Of a stretch of 64,000 nt of DNA, positions 1-9,804 are shown in pieces (positions within the stretch are counted from its first letter, which is position 1; the number at the start of each line of letters is the position of its first letter). The translations under genes were made by a program, and so were the position numbers. Source of the DNA: Candidatus Aenigmatarchaeota archaeon. Lineage in GTDB: Archaea; Aenigmatarchaeota; Aenigmatarchaeia; QMZP01. Location of the stretch: positions 64,001 to 128,000 of the forward strand of contig JBDRSV010000024.1 in assembly GCA_043824495.1 (NCBI GenBank), read 5' to 3'. The notes under the pieces were generated by a model. It did no database searches. It was not told the DNA's origin and saw nothing but the letters and a program-made list of their open reading frames with translations.

Positions 1-1226
1 CTATCTGTTATTAACACAGCATCAGTTGAACCCAATCCTTCTTCAGATGAGAATTCTTCTGTACCGAATCTTAAAGGAATTGTAACCTCATTCATGTTAG
101 AGAAATTCAATATGGTTTCTAGATATGTTGTATTTAGTGTTATTCTCTGTTCACTGAGATTATTACTCCTCCATATTTCAGTGTCTCCTATTCTAGTGAA
201 TACTGCGACACCTGTTTGATTTACACTTATGTTGCTTGTGTAATGTAAATATATTGTTAAGTTGCTTAGGTTACCTGGAACATAGAAAGAACTGAAAAGA
301 TTGATTATACCTTCTATACCAGGGAACCAATATCTATTTGTTGCATTTGATCCGAATTTAGAATCTGGTTCTGTTATGAGTTGTGATGTGTTGTACGTAA
401 TTTTTATGTAACCGCCACCAATGAAGTTGCTTTTGTTCTTAGGGAATTGTATACTTAATGTGCTATTTGAGTTTTGATTGAAATTGGTGAAATAAGCAGA
501 ATCCATTTCCCATTTATCTGCTGTTAGGTTCCCAATAGAATTATTTTCATAGAAGCCTGAATAAATACCATTTACATATAGAGTGAAATTGTTACCAGCA
601 TCTAACTCTAAAGACACGTTTACTAGATTATCATAAGAAGGAAGTTCAACTATTCTGGTTATGTTACCGTCACCTACATATCCACCAAAATATACATATT
701 TGGAACCTATCTTACCTACTTTGGTTAAGAAAACTCTGGAAACAAATCCGGATACGGGCTCACCTACATCAAAACCAGAAACTATTGTAGAAAACCTAGA
801 GAAGTATTTTCCTTTACTTGTGCCATTCCTGTATATACTCTCATTATTTATCAGTATTTCATAACCCACTCTACTATTACTAAACAGGTTGCCTAGGACA
901 TCTTTTGTTATGTTCTGAGCTTCTGTTATATTCCCTGTGGACCATAGAGCACCTACGATATCAAGAAGTGTTTTATCGAGATCATCTTCAACTAAATCAC
1001 CAGTGGATAAATAATATTGAATAGAAGAGAAATCTTGTAAATCACCAATTTCTACTTGTCCCATGACATTAATTACATCCTTACCTGTGTAGTATAATCT
1101 CTGATAACCAAGTTCAGGAGAAGAGTAAGTGAAAGATAGTCCTGTGAGGAATAGAGCAACAAGTACGAGTAAACTTGCAGCTACCATAGCATCTAAAGAT
1201 AGTAGAAAACCTCTTCTCATTACCAT
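1..1226 (-). CDS. Large pilin-like (class III signal peptide) secreted protein, truncated by window edge; probably continues into a vWA domain
   Basis: Not in the ORF track because it is open to the edge. Translated by hand in sampled stretches: MVMRRGFLLSLDAMVAASLLVLVALFLTG... (basic-G|hydrophobic prepilin motif). It runs off the window as ...GSTDAVLITDR, which resembles the start of a vWA DxSxS motif (inference). Confidence 0.75.
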   Translation of the reverse strand, partial: MVMRRGFLLSLDAMVAASLLVLVALFLTGLSFTYSSPELGYQRLYYTGKDVINVMGQVEIGDLQDFSSIQYYLSTGDLVEDDLDKTLLDIVGALWSTGNITEAQNITKDVLGNLFSNSRVGYEILINNESIYRNGTSKGKYFSRFSTIVSGFDVGEPVSGFVSRVFLTKVGKIGSKYVYFGGYVGDGNITRIVELPSYDNLVNVSLELDAGNNFTLYVNGIYSGFYENNSIGNLTADKWEMDSAYFTNFNQNSNSTLSIQFPKNKSNFIGGGYIKITYNTSQLITEPDSKFGSNATNRYWFPGIEGIINLFSSFYVPGNLSNLTIYLHYTSNISVNQTGVAVFTRIGDTEIWRSNNLSEQRITLNTTYLETILNFSNMNEVTIPLRFGTEEFSSEEGLGSTDAVLITD

Positions 1227-1260
1227 TTAATATATTATTCTAGTTAACAGAATATTAAGT

Positions 1261-1665
1261 ATGTATATAATGAGGAAACGATCCAAGGCACAATCAGCAG
1301 CTGAATTTATGATTATTTTCATGATGCTGATAATTGTTCTTAGTCTTGCTGCTTGGATAAGTTCCACGAAAACTCAAGAAGTGAACACAATCAAAACTAA
1401 TAGAGATGTAGGTGTAGTTTTGAATGTGATAGTATCTAAAATAGATACAGCCTTTCTAGAGGGCGACGGCTTTTCCACCGATATGTATTTACCCGCAAAC
1501 ATAACATCGGTAGATTATACTGTGCAAATAGTGCAAAACCAGGTACTTATAACTCATAGAGGACTTACATATTCAAAGAGATTGCTTACAGATGACGTTC
1601 AAGGGAGCACTTCTAAGGGTTTCAACATGATTAGAAATGTGGATGGGACGGTGATTATATCATGA
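1261..1665 (+). CDS. Type IV pilin-like protein (class III signal peptide)
   Basis: RKRSKAQSAAEFMIIFMMLIIVL: K-A|Q-x-x-x-E prepilin cleavage motif followed by a hydrophobic helix. Confidence 0.8.
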   Translation: MYIMRKRSKAQSAAEFMIIFMMLIIVLSLAAWISSTKTQEVNTIKTNRDVGVVLNVIVSKIDTAFLEGDGFSTDMYLPANITSVDYTVQIVQNQVLITHRGLTYSKRLLTDDVQGSTSKGFNMIRNVDGTVIIS

Positions 1666-2147
1666 GGGGTCAACTCTGGTCTACTGATTTCATAGTTTCT
1701 GCAACAATGTTCTTCACCGTGTTATTCTTAGTAATCTTTGTTTGGAATTATACAAACACCCAAGGACGTGAGAGATTAGAATTTAACAGTATAGAGACTC
1801 TAGCTTTGACAGTTTCTGATGCCATAATAAGAACACCTGGTTTACCTGAAGATTGGAATGCAAGCAACGTGCGTGTTTTGGGAATAGCGTCGGATGATAA
1901 TGTTCTCAACTCGACTAAAGTTCTCAGATTCGTCAATCTCCCCTATTCTAACTCTAGAGCTCTGATTAGTCAGAAGTATCAATTTTATTTTGAATTAAGA
2001 AATACAACAGGAGAAATAATAGAAAATTCTGGGACAAACCTAACAACCGGTGTGTATCCATTTGATCCAAGTATCGTTGTACCGATCGATAGGTTTGTTG
2101 TTTATGAAGATAAAATAGCAACAATGAAATTAATCGTCTGGAGCTAG
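1662..2147 (+). CDS. Type IV pilin-like protein (class III signal peptide)
   Basis: MRGQLWSTDFIVSATMFFTVLFLVIF; overlaps the upstream gene by ATGA. Confidence 0.75.
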   Translation: MRGQLWSTDFIVSATMFFTVLFLVIFVWNYTNTQGRERLEFNSIETLALTVSDAIIRTPGLPEDWNASNVRVLGIASDDNVLNSTKVLRFVNLPYSNSRALISQKYQFYFELRNTTGEIIENSGTNLTTGVYPFDPSIVVPIDRFVVYEDKIATMKLIVWS

Positions 2148-2148
2148 T

Positions 2149-2334
2149 TTATTTCTTCTTTTTCTTCTTGTTTACTGTGAATTCAATTTCGCCCTTTAGG
2201 CTTATTGATGTATCAGCGATATCGAATTCTACTCCGTCAAGATTTAGCGTTGCTGTGACTTCCTTTCCTTCTGCAATTTCTATTAGTTTAAAAATAAGTC
2301 CACTATTTTTTACCAAGAGTTCTTCTAGGCCCAT
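2149..2334 (-). CDS. Small hypothetical protein with poly-Lys tail
   Basis: 61 aa ORF that fills the gap between genes; host-like composition. Confidence 0.55.
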   Translation of the reverse strand: MGLEELLVKNSGLIFKLIEIAEGKEVTATLNLDGVEFDIADTSISLKGEIEFTVNKKKKKK

Positions 2335-2386
2335 ATCATACCTCCAGTTTTGATATTTATTAATGGATATTGAAATATAAAACTAT

Positions 2387-3679
2387 ATGGTAGTTGAGAA
2401 GATAATAATTGGAAGAAGCAAATCCGACCTTAAAGAATATGGTGATGAGGGTACTGTTTTCATAGGAAAACACATAGTTGGCGAAGGAGAGGAATCGCAT
2501 CTCACAAACCCTATTCATATGGATGTTTCAAGACCTCATGTTGTTCTAATAAGTGGTAAAAGAGGATCTGGTAAAAGCTATACATCGACTGTTATAGCAG
2601 AAGAGATAACAAATCTCCCAAAAAAGATAAGACAAAACATATCAGTTCTAATGCTTGATACTATGGGTATTTTCTGGTCAATGCAGAATCCTAATGAAAG
2701 AGATAGAGAACTTCTAGAGGAGTGGGGACTAAAACCAGAAGGAACAAAAGTGAAGTTCTTTGCACCAAAAGGGTTTGTCAAAGAATATGAAAAGTTTGGA
2801 ATCAAAGTTGATGCTCCAATAATTCTACAGACCAGTGATCTTAGTGCTAGTGATTGGATAATCACGTTCGGTTTTGATGTAATAGATTCTAATGGAATCG
2901 CAATAGAGAAAGTTGTTAAAAATGTAAAAAAAAGATTCGGTGAAGACTATTCTATTGATGATATAATAGAAGAAATTAAAAATTATGATGGTGAAGATAA
3001 AACAAAAAGAGTGCTTACAAATAGGTTTTCAACAGCTAAAGACTGGGGAATATTTGAGAAAACGGGAACGTCAATATCGTCAATATTCCAGAGAGGAGTA
3101 GTTTCCATAGTTGACATATCACATTTTGAGAGAACTGGTTCAGGATGGTCTGTAAGAGCTATGCTTACTGGTTTGTTAGCCAGGAAAATATTTCAACAGA
3201 GATTGATGTCAAGGAAAGCAGAAGAATTCGAGATTCTTAGCGGAGAAAAACATGATACAATCCCAATGGTTTGGATAATGATAGATGAAGCTCATCAGTT
3301 TATACCACACGAAGGTAAAACCGCAGCAACAGAGCCTTTGCTCACCTTAATCAAAGAAGGCAGAGAGCCTGGGATATCCCTAGTTCTAATCACACAAATG
3401 CCTAATAGACTGAATCCAGACGCATTAGCACAAGCAGATCTAGTTATTTCGCATAGATTAACATCTAAAGAAGACATAGAAGCTCTCAAAACAGTCATGC
3501 AAACATACATGATAAAGGACATATCACAGTATCTAAAACAACTACCAAAGACACCGGGGTCAGCTATAGTCCTTGATGATAATTCAGAAAGAATATTCCC
3601 AATACAAATCAGACCGCGTCTAAGCTGGCATGCTGGTGGATCCCCATCAGCAATTAAGAAGAAGAGCTTGTTTGACTAG
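2387..3679 (+). CDS. HerA/DUF87-like P-loop ATPase
   Basis: Walker A GKRGSGKS, Walker B IMIDEAH, KEGREPGISLVLITQ motif. Confidence 0.85.
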   Translation: MVVEKIIIGRSKSDLKEYGDEGTVFIGKHIVGEGEESHLTNPIHMDVSRPHVVLISGKRGSGKSYTSTVIAEEITNLPKKIRQNISVLMLDTMGIFWSMQNPNERDRELLEEWGLKPEGTKVKFFAPKGFVKEYEKFGIKVDAPIILQTSDLSASDWIITFGFDVIDSNGIAIEKVVKNVKKRFGEDYSIDDIIEEIKNYDGEDKTKRVLTNRFSTAKDWGIFEKTGTSISSIFQRGVVSIVDISHFERTGSGWSVRAMLTGLLARKIFQQRLMSRKAEEFEILSGEKHDTIPMVWIMIDEAHQFIPHEGKTAATEPLLTLIKEGREPGISLVLITQMPNRLNPDALAQADLVISHRLTSKEDIEALKTVMQTYMIKDISQYLKQLPKTPGSAIVLDDNSERIFPIQIRPRLSWHAGGSPSAIKKKSLFD

Positions 3680-3708
3680 TTTTTAAATCCTTTTTGTGAA
3701 AATTAAAT

Positions 3709-5028
3709 ATGAAATATCAAACAGGGGAAGATTTTAGAGTAACGAGTAGCATAGACACTTCTGAGTTTGGAGATTTTGAAGTAGTTTCTGTTCTAGCTGA
3801 TGTTAGAAAATCTAACAAACCAGTAGCATTCGAGTGTGGTGTTGGAGGTAGTGTGGCCACATCCCCTAAAGTAAAAGATGGGAAGGTTTTCTTTGGTTCC
3901 AATGATAAAAATTTCTATGCAGTTGATGCTGTAACAGGAAGGGAAGTCTGGAGATTCGAAACAGGTGATCCAATCATGTGTTCTCCAGATATATCCAAAG
4001 ATAAGATTTATTTTGGTTCATTTGACAAGAATGTATACTGCTTAGATTTGAATGGTAATTTTATTTGGAAATTCCCAACGAATGGGAGACTAATAGCTAA
4101 ACCAGAAATTGTAGATAACAGAGTTTATGTAGGTTCAGAAGACGGTTCATTTTATTGCTTAGATGCTGAAACAGGAGAAGAAATGTGGAAATTTGATACA
4201 AACGGATCAATTTCATATGCAAATTATTATGATGGAAAAATATTCTTTGGTTCTGGAGACTTCAATTTTTATTGTTTGTCTAAAAACGGAGAGGAGATAT
4301 GGAGATTCAAAACAGGCAATGACATCATCTGGAACTGTGTTATTGTAGATGGTATAATATACTTTGCTTCCTTTGATTGTAATTTGTATGCAGTTGACAT
4401 GAAGGGAAATTTGATTTGGAAACTGCCTTTCAATGAACCTGTAAACAGTATGATTGTTTATTCTGATGGTGTTCTATATATGGGATCGCGAAACTTCAAG
4501 ACATATGCCATTACAACTGATGGAAAAATATTGTGGTCTTACGAAACAACCAATATTCATGGATCTGGTATAACAGTAAAAGGCGATGTTGTATATTGTG
4601 CAAGTTGTGATAATCTCATGTATGCACATGACAAAAAAACGGGAGAACTGTTGTGGAAATTTGCTGCAGATGCTCCTATAGCGCACACAGCACCTGCCAT
4701 ATACGAAGGTAAAATATATTTCGGTTCATGGGATTGTCATTTGTATTGCGTAGATCTGAAAGGCGAATTGATTTGGAAATTCGCAACAAGCTTAAGCTAT
4801 ATGGCACCTGTTGACATGGAATCAATAAAGAGCAAAGAAAAATCACTAGAAATTGTTTGGAATCTAGAACCAATGAGAGATACGGAAGAGGATGAATATA
4901 AAGAGAAAACCCAAGAAATCCTCGGTGGATATACAATACAGAACAAGTATGTTCAGGATTCTGAATACACTTCTCATGACATTCGAACATTCACTACAGG
5001 AAAAGTTAAGAGAAAATATCAGAAGTAA
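3709..5028 (+). CDS. PQQ-binding-like beta-propeller repeat protein
   Basis: About ten repeats of the type YFGSxDxxxYCLDxxxGxxxWxF. Confidence 0.85.
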   Translation: MKYQTGEDFRVTSSIDTSEFGDFEVVSVLADVRKSNKPVAFECGVGGSVATSPKVKDGKVFFGSNDKNFYAVDAVTGREVWRFETGDPIMCSPDISKDKIYFGSFDKNVYCLDLNGNFIWKFPTNGRLIAKPEIVDNRVYVGSEDGSFYCLDAETGEEMWKFDTNGSISYANYYDGKIFFGSGDFNFYCLSKNGEEIWRFKTGNDIIWNCVIVDGIIYFASFDCNLYAVDMKGNLIWKLPFNEPVNSMIVYSDGVLYMGSRNFKTYAITTDGKILWSYETTNIHGSGITVKGDVVYCASCDNLMYAHDKKTGELLWKFAADAPIAHTAPAIYEGKIYFGSWDCHLYCVDLKGELIWKFATSLSYMAPVDMESIKSKEKSLEIVWNLEPMRDTEEDEYKEKTQEILGGYTIQNKYVQDSEYTSHDIRTFTTGKVKRKYQK

Positions 5029-5060
5029 CACTTTTATCCCTCATTGTCCAAAATATAAAT

Positions 5061-5531
5061 ATGGCAATTGTTGCAGGTCTAGTAGAAGCTGAAATTGTTT
5101 TCAAAGTTGTTTTTGCTGCAGCAATGGGTATAATCATAGGACTTGAAAGAGAAATAGACATGAAGCCTGCTGGTTTAAGAACACATTCTCTTGTTTGTAT
5201 GGGTTCCGCATTATTTGCTGCCATATCTATTGCTTTTGTAGGTCCTACTGTAGATCCAACTAGAATAGCTTCAGGCATTGTAACAGGAATTGGTTTCTTA
5301 GGTGCAGGTGCAATATTTGTTGCCAGAGATAAAATAAAGGGTCTTACAACAGCAGCTGATTTATGGGTTTTAGCTGGTGTTGGACTTGCTGTTGGTGTTG
5401 GTTTGTATTATGTAGCTCTTGTAACTACTCTAGTAGTTTATTTCACACTGAGTTTGGGTAGATACCTAAAAGAATCAGAAAAACATAATAAAGTCTGGTT
5501 CGCCAAAAAGAGAAAAGAGCGTGGAAAATAA
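5061..5531 (+). CDS. MgtC/SapB family membrane protein
   Basis: IGLERE...PAGLRTH...DPTRIASGIVTGIGFLGAG signature. Confidence 0.9.
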   Translation: MAIVAGLVEAEIVFKVVFAAAMGIIIGLEREIDMKPAGLRTHSLVCMGSALFAAISIAFVGPTVDPTRIASGIVTGIGFLGAGAIFVARDKIKGLTTAADLWVLAGVGLAVGVGLYYVALVTTLVVYFTLSLGRYLKESEKHNKVWFAKKRKERGK

Positions 5532-5894
5532 TTATTCCATCCTGACTTCATTCCATTCCACTTTTTTCTTCTCAACTAAATCCTTTATTTTTTTCTGTTT
5601 TTCAGAAAGTTTAGATCCAGAAGTTTTGAATTCTACAAAAACAATCTTATCATCCTCGAATTGGACACCGTCTATAGGAGTTCCTAGAAATCTGAAATTG
5701 TGTTCGTCATAAGGATAACTCTTCATAAAAGGCATAAACTGTTCAGACATTTTACCATACTTAGATGCGAGGCTTTGTCTTCTAGAAATCAAATCTGTGA
5801 CATTCTGGCGAAGAGTTCTGTTAGCTCTAACATGATAATAAATTACAAATGCAAGAATGATAATGAAAACACCAAGAATTATTTCTATTTCCAT
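5532..5894 (-). CDS. Membrane-anchored Holliday-junction-resolvase-like endonuclease (PD-(D/E)xK)
   Basis: N-terminal TM helix; GKMSEQFMPF...FRFLGTPIDGV...VFVEFKT...LSEKQKKIK. Confidence 0.75.
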   Translation of the reverse strand: MEIEIILGVFIIILAFVIYYHVRANRTLRQNVTDLISRRQSLASKYGKMSEQFMPFMKSYPYDEHNFRFLGTPIDGVQFEDDKIVFVEFKTSGSKLSEKQKKIKDLVEKKKVEWNEVRME

Positions 5895-5938
5895 ATGGAG
5901 TTCTTAGATTTTATATTAATTAAATACAATGATTTCTC

Positions 5939-6217
5939 ATGGAAACAAAAAATATAGTCTCTCCTCCAGACAGTAGAAGAATAAAATCAAGAAAGGTTTT
6001 TTTATCTCCTGGAGAAGAGGTCGGTGAGCATGTTACCGAAAAAAGAGAAGAAGTTATAATAGTTCTGAAAGGTAAAGTCACTCTAGAAAAAGAAGATCAA
6101 GAAATTCAATTACATGAAGGCGAATCATACTTCATTTCAGAAGGAGTGAAACATAATGTGAAAAACGAATCAGATGAACCGCTTGAATATGTGTATGTTG
6201 TTAGCTTGCTTGACTAA
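5939..6217 (+). CDS. Cupin domain protein
   Basis: GEHVTEKREEVIIVLKG...GVKHNVKN. Confidence 0.85.
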   Translation: METKNIVSPPDSRRIKSRKVFLSPGEEVGEHVTEKREEVIIVLKGKVTLEKEDQEIQLHEGESYFISEGVKHNVKNESDEPLEYVYVVSLLD

Positions 6218-7293
6218 GTGAAATGTAGTTCAACTATGTCCTTGTCTTTTAATTTGTACTCTCCTCCCATTTTTTGACCTGGGAATTTACCTGATCCCCA
6301 TATACGAGCATACTTGAAATTATCAGCGAAAGTTCTATGTAATTTTAGGCAAACGTTCTTGACTGTTGCTGGTTCTCTTAGTATCAGCGGTTCTACCAGA
6401 TCAGGGTCTTTTCCTATCTTCTTAAGAAAAATTCTTATTAGGCTTAGATGATCCCAAATAAAATCTCTGAGTACGTCTATATTGGTTTGTTTCAGTGCTG
6501 ATATATAGAAAAAATCCTTTTTCTTATCATTTTCTTCTAGAAGATCTGACTTGTTTATGATTGTAATACCAGGTACATAAATTCTATTTGTCATAATACC
6601 GTCTATGAACCTATCAACTGTTACATTCTCCCTAATCAAAACATCTGCATTGTATATACCAAATTCGTTCAAAACTGATCTAATTTCATCTCTGGAAACT
6701 TTGGTCAATTTAACTGTAGAACTTATGTTAAGTCCACCCAAGTTTTTCTTTATCACTTTTATATCAGGTGGTTTAGTATTCAATCTAAAACCAGCACCAT
6801 AAAGCTCTTTTTCTATAATTTCAATTTGAAAATCTATACTTTCTTTTCTATTAGATGCGGCTAAAATTAAGATTAAATCAGCATTCCTTGCAACTGCTAG
6901 AATCTCTCTGCCTCTGCCTTTACCTGTGGCAGCATTGGATATTATACCAGGTACATCGAGTAGTTGAATCTTAGCTCCATTATATTCTAGAACACCTGGA
7001 ATTATCTCAAGTGTGGTAAAATCATAATCCCCAATCTTAGAATCCGCATTTGTTAGCTGATTCAGAAGTGTTGACTTGCCTACTGAAGGAAAACCAACCA
7101 TAATGACTGTTGCATCCCCGGATTTCTTTATTCCGTACCCGGCTCCTTTCTTACCTCCAGATTTCCTCTCATCTTCATTCCTAAGTTTAGCTATTTTAGC
7201 CTTAAGCTTGCCTATATGACCTTGTGTGGCTTTGTTGTATTTGGTTCTCTGAAGCTCATCTTCTATTTTCTTAATATCGTCTTCTGTTCCCAT
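6214..7293 (-). CDS. DRG/OBG-family GTPase with TGS domain
   Basis: TKYNKATQGHIG, GFPSVGKS, DFTT, DVPG, NKSD motifs; start trimmed to MGTEDD (7293). Confidence 0.92.
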   Translation of the reverse strand: MGTEDDIKKIEDELQRTKYNKATQGHIGKLKAKIAKLRNEDERKSGGKKGAGYGIKKSGDATVIMVGFPSVGKSTLLNQLTNADSKIGDYDFTTLEIIPGVLEYNGAKIQLLDVPGIISNAATGKGRGREILAVARNADLILILAASNRKESIDFQIEIIEKELYGAGFRLNTKPPDIKVIKKNLGGLNISSTVKLTKVSRDEIRSVLNEFGIYNADVLIRENVTVDRFIDGIMTNRIYVPGITIINKSDLLEENDKKKDFFYISALKQTNIDVLRDFIWDHLSLIRIFLKKIGKDPDLVEPLILREPATVKNVCLKLHRTFADNFKYARIWGSGKFPGQKMGGEYKLKDKDIVELHFT

Positions 7294-7332
7294 AAATCGT
7301 ATATAATATAATGGTTTAATAAAATAATATGT

Positions 7333-8133
7333 ATGGAATTGAAAAAACACGCAGAATTCATCTTGAAGAAGTATAAAATAGATCCAAACGTGACCCTAGA
7401 CCAGCATTTCATGATAGATTCTAAAATAATAGAGAAAATTGTCAAGAAGGCTAATCTAAAGCCCAATGATACAGTCCTGGAAATAGGTTCTGGTATAGGG
7501 TTTATTTCAAGAGAAATAGCTGATACTGGATGTAAACTTATAACAGTAGAGATTGATAAATCCCTTGTAGATACATTGAAAAAAGAAATGAAATCTTATA
7601 ATAATGTGAAAATTGTCAATGATAATGTCCTCAAAGTTATAGACAACCTGGAGTTCGATAAAATAGTTTCAAATACACCATATGCAATATGCGAGTCTCT
7701 TATACACAAATTGACCAGGAAAAAATTTAAGATTGCAGTGTTAACGGTTCCAAAATCCTTTGGATACAAACTACTTTCAGATGGTCATTTAGCGGCTTTC
7801 TCTCAGGTTTTCTTTCAAACAAAGATGTTATTTGATCTAGAAAAAGACGTTTTCTATCCAAAACCAAAAAAGAATTCGGTTGTCATAAGTCTAAAACCAA
7901 GACTAGGGAATACCTTTTTAAAACAGATATTCTTATTAGAAAAGAAGAAACTAAAAAATAGTCTCCTCGAAACAATCATTTATAAAGACAAAATTACTAA
8001 GAATGAGGCAAGGGAAAAACTAAGAAATTTGAAATTCAATGGAAAAATATTGGATAAAAAAATTTCAGACATCAATTTAAAAGAGTTGGCGTACATAATT
8101 AAACACATCAAAGATTCGGAAATTGGAGGATAG
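7333..8133 (+). CDS. rsmA: 16S rRNA adenine dimethyltransferase KsgA/Dim1
   Basis: QHFMID, VLEIGSGIG, SNTPY, FYPKPK. Confidence 0.85.
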   Translation: MELKKHAEFILKKYKIDPNVTLDQHFMIDSKIIEKIVKKANLKPNDTVLEIGSGIGFISREIADTGCKLITVEIDKSLVDTLKKEMKSYNNVKIVNDNVLKVIDNLEFDKIVSNTPYAICESLIHKLTRKKFKIAVLTVPKSFGYKLLSDGHLAAFSQVFFQTKMLFDLEKDVFYPKPKKNSVVISLKPRLGNTFLKQIFLLEKKKLKNSLLETIIYKDKITKNEAREKLRNLKFNGKILDKKISDINLKELAYIIKHIKDSEIGG

Positions 8134-8139
8134 AATAAT

Positions 8140-9804
8140 ATGGTAGATTACACAGAAGAGCAGGCTGTGCATAAACAAGCATCAATCTCAGAGTTTTTTG
8201 AGAAAAACAGACATTTACTCGGATATGATAGTAAGATAAAGGCACTTTTAATTATAGTCAAAGAAGGTGTAGATAATGCTTTAGATGCAACCGAAGAAAC
8301 AGGTATAATGCCAGAAATTTATATAAAAATAGAAGAAATAGAGAAAGAAAAATACAACGTAGTCATAAGAGATAACGGTCCTGGTATAACCAAGAAAAAA
8401 ATACCAAAGATTTTTGGAACTCTTTTATACGGAAGTAAATTCCACAGACTGAGACAGTCTAGAGGTCAGCAAGGACTTGGTATCAGTATGGCTGTTTTAT
8501 ATTCACAACTTACAACAGGAGAACCAACAGAAATTTTATCCTCAGTGGGTGATGGTAAGACACATAAATACAAATTAAAAATAGACGTAAAGAAAAATGA
8601 ACCAACAATACTAAGCGAAGAAATGATAGATATAAAAGAATGGCATGGAACTCAAGTGAGTTTCATTTGTGAAGGAGTATACAGAGAACACAAACAATCA
8701 GTATTAGAGTACTTGAAACAAACAGCAATATCAAATCCTTACGCAGAAATAATGTTTGAATCACCTTCAGGTAAATATGAATTCAAGAGAGGAGTAGATA
8801 CTCTTCCTGTAAAACCTAAAGAGATAAAGCCACATATTCATGGTGTTGAATTAGGAATATTATCAAGAATGCTTCATGAAACAAAAGCTCATAGTTTATC
8901 AGGATTTTTAACAAGCGATTTCTCAAGAATTGGTAAGTTAACAGCTGATGAGATAATTAAGAAAGCAGGAATACTTGACGCGCAAGGTAATCCAGAATCA
9001 AGATTATCTCCAAGAAAAGTTACAGATAAACAGATATCAGATATTATAAAGGCCGTAAAAGAAGTTAAACTAACAAAGCCGCCAACAGATTGTTTGTCTC
9101 CTGTTGGTAATGAACCAATAGAAAAGGGAATGAGAAAGGAGTTAGATCCAGAGTTTACAGCTTCTATCACAAGACCACCTTCTGTTTATAGAGGATGGCC
9201 TTTCCAAGTAGAGGTTGGAATAGCTTATGGAGGAAGTATACATGAAGCGAAATTGATGAGATTTGCTAACAGAGTTCCGTTATTATATCAACAAGGAGAT
9301 TGTGCTATCACAAAAGCTGCGATGGGGATTGACTGGAGAAGATATGGTATAGAATCAGATAAATTACCTACAGGTCCTATTCACATATTTGTTCATATGA
9401 TATCTGTGTGGGTTCCATTCACATCAGAATCCAAAGAAGCTGTTGCTTCTTATCCAGTAATAGTAAAGGAAATTAAACTTGCAATACAAGACTGTGCAAG
9501 AAAATTGTCTATGTATTTATCTGGTGTGAGAAAAGCACAGGCAATTGCAGAGAGAAAATCAATATTCGAAAGATACGCCGGTGAAACTGCAGTCGCTTTA
9601 CATGAGTTGACAGGAAAACCATCAGATGAGATAGAAAAAATGATTAAAACCATGGTTGATGAAAAATGGCAAAGTATCGAGGAATTCCAGAACACCAAAA
9701 ACAATGGAGATGATAATAAAGAAGATGTTTTAGAAGAGCCTAAAAAAGAAGAAAAAACAGAAGATAAACCAACAGAAGAGAAGTCAAAGGAGGAGAAGAA
9801 ATGA
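8140..9804 (+). CDS. top6B: DNA topoisomerase VI subunit B
   Basis: SISEFFEKN, VKEGVDNALDA, DNGPGI, SRGQQGLGIS, RFANRVPLLY; Glu/Lys-rich C-terminal tail. Confidence 0.95.
   Translation: MVDYTEEQAVHKQASISEFFEKNRHLLGYDSKIKALLIIVKEGVDNALDATEETGIMPEIYIKIEEIEKEKYNVVIRDNGPGITKKKIPKIFGTLLYGSKFHRLRQSRGQQGLGISMAVLYSQLTTGEPTEILSSVGDGKTHKYKLKIDVKKNEPTILSEEMIDIKEWHGTQVSFICEGVYREHKQSVLEYLKQTAISNPYAEIMFESPSGKYEFKRGVDTLPVKPKEIKPHIHGVELGILSRMLHETKAHSLSGFLTSDFSRIGKLTADEIIKKAGILDAQGNPESRLSPRKVTDKQISDIIKAVKEVKLTKPPTDCLSPVGNEPIEKGMRKELDPEFTASITRPPSVYRGWPFQVEVGIAYGGSIHEAKLMRFANRVPLLYQQGDCAITKAAMGIDWRRYGIESDKLPTGPIHIFVHMISVWVPFTSESKEAVASYPVIVKEIKLAIQDCARKLSMYLSGVRKAQAIAERKSIFERYAGETAVALHELTGKPSDEIEKMIKTMVDEKWQSIEEFQNTKNNGDDNKEDVLEEPKKEEKTEDKPTEEKSKEEKK

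Noticed and set aside
661-864. ORF 661..864 (+) and the many short ORFs antisense to or overlapping identified genes (e.g. 2578, 8889, 10139, 14219, 21246, 24003, 28442, 29105, 39398, 45228, 58352, 59166)
   Set aside because: Shadows of well-supported genes on the opposite strand or in another frame; no motifs or RBS support.
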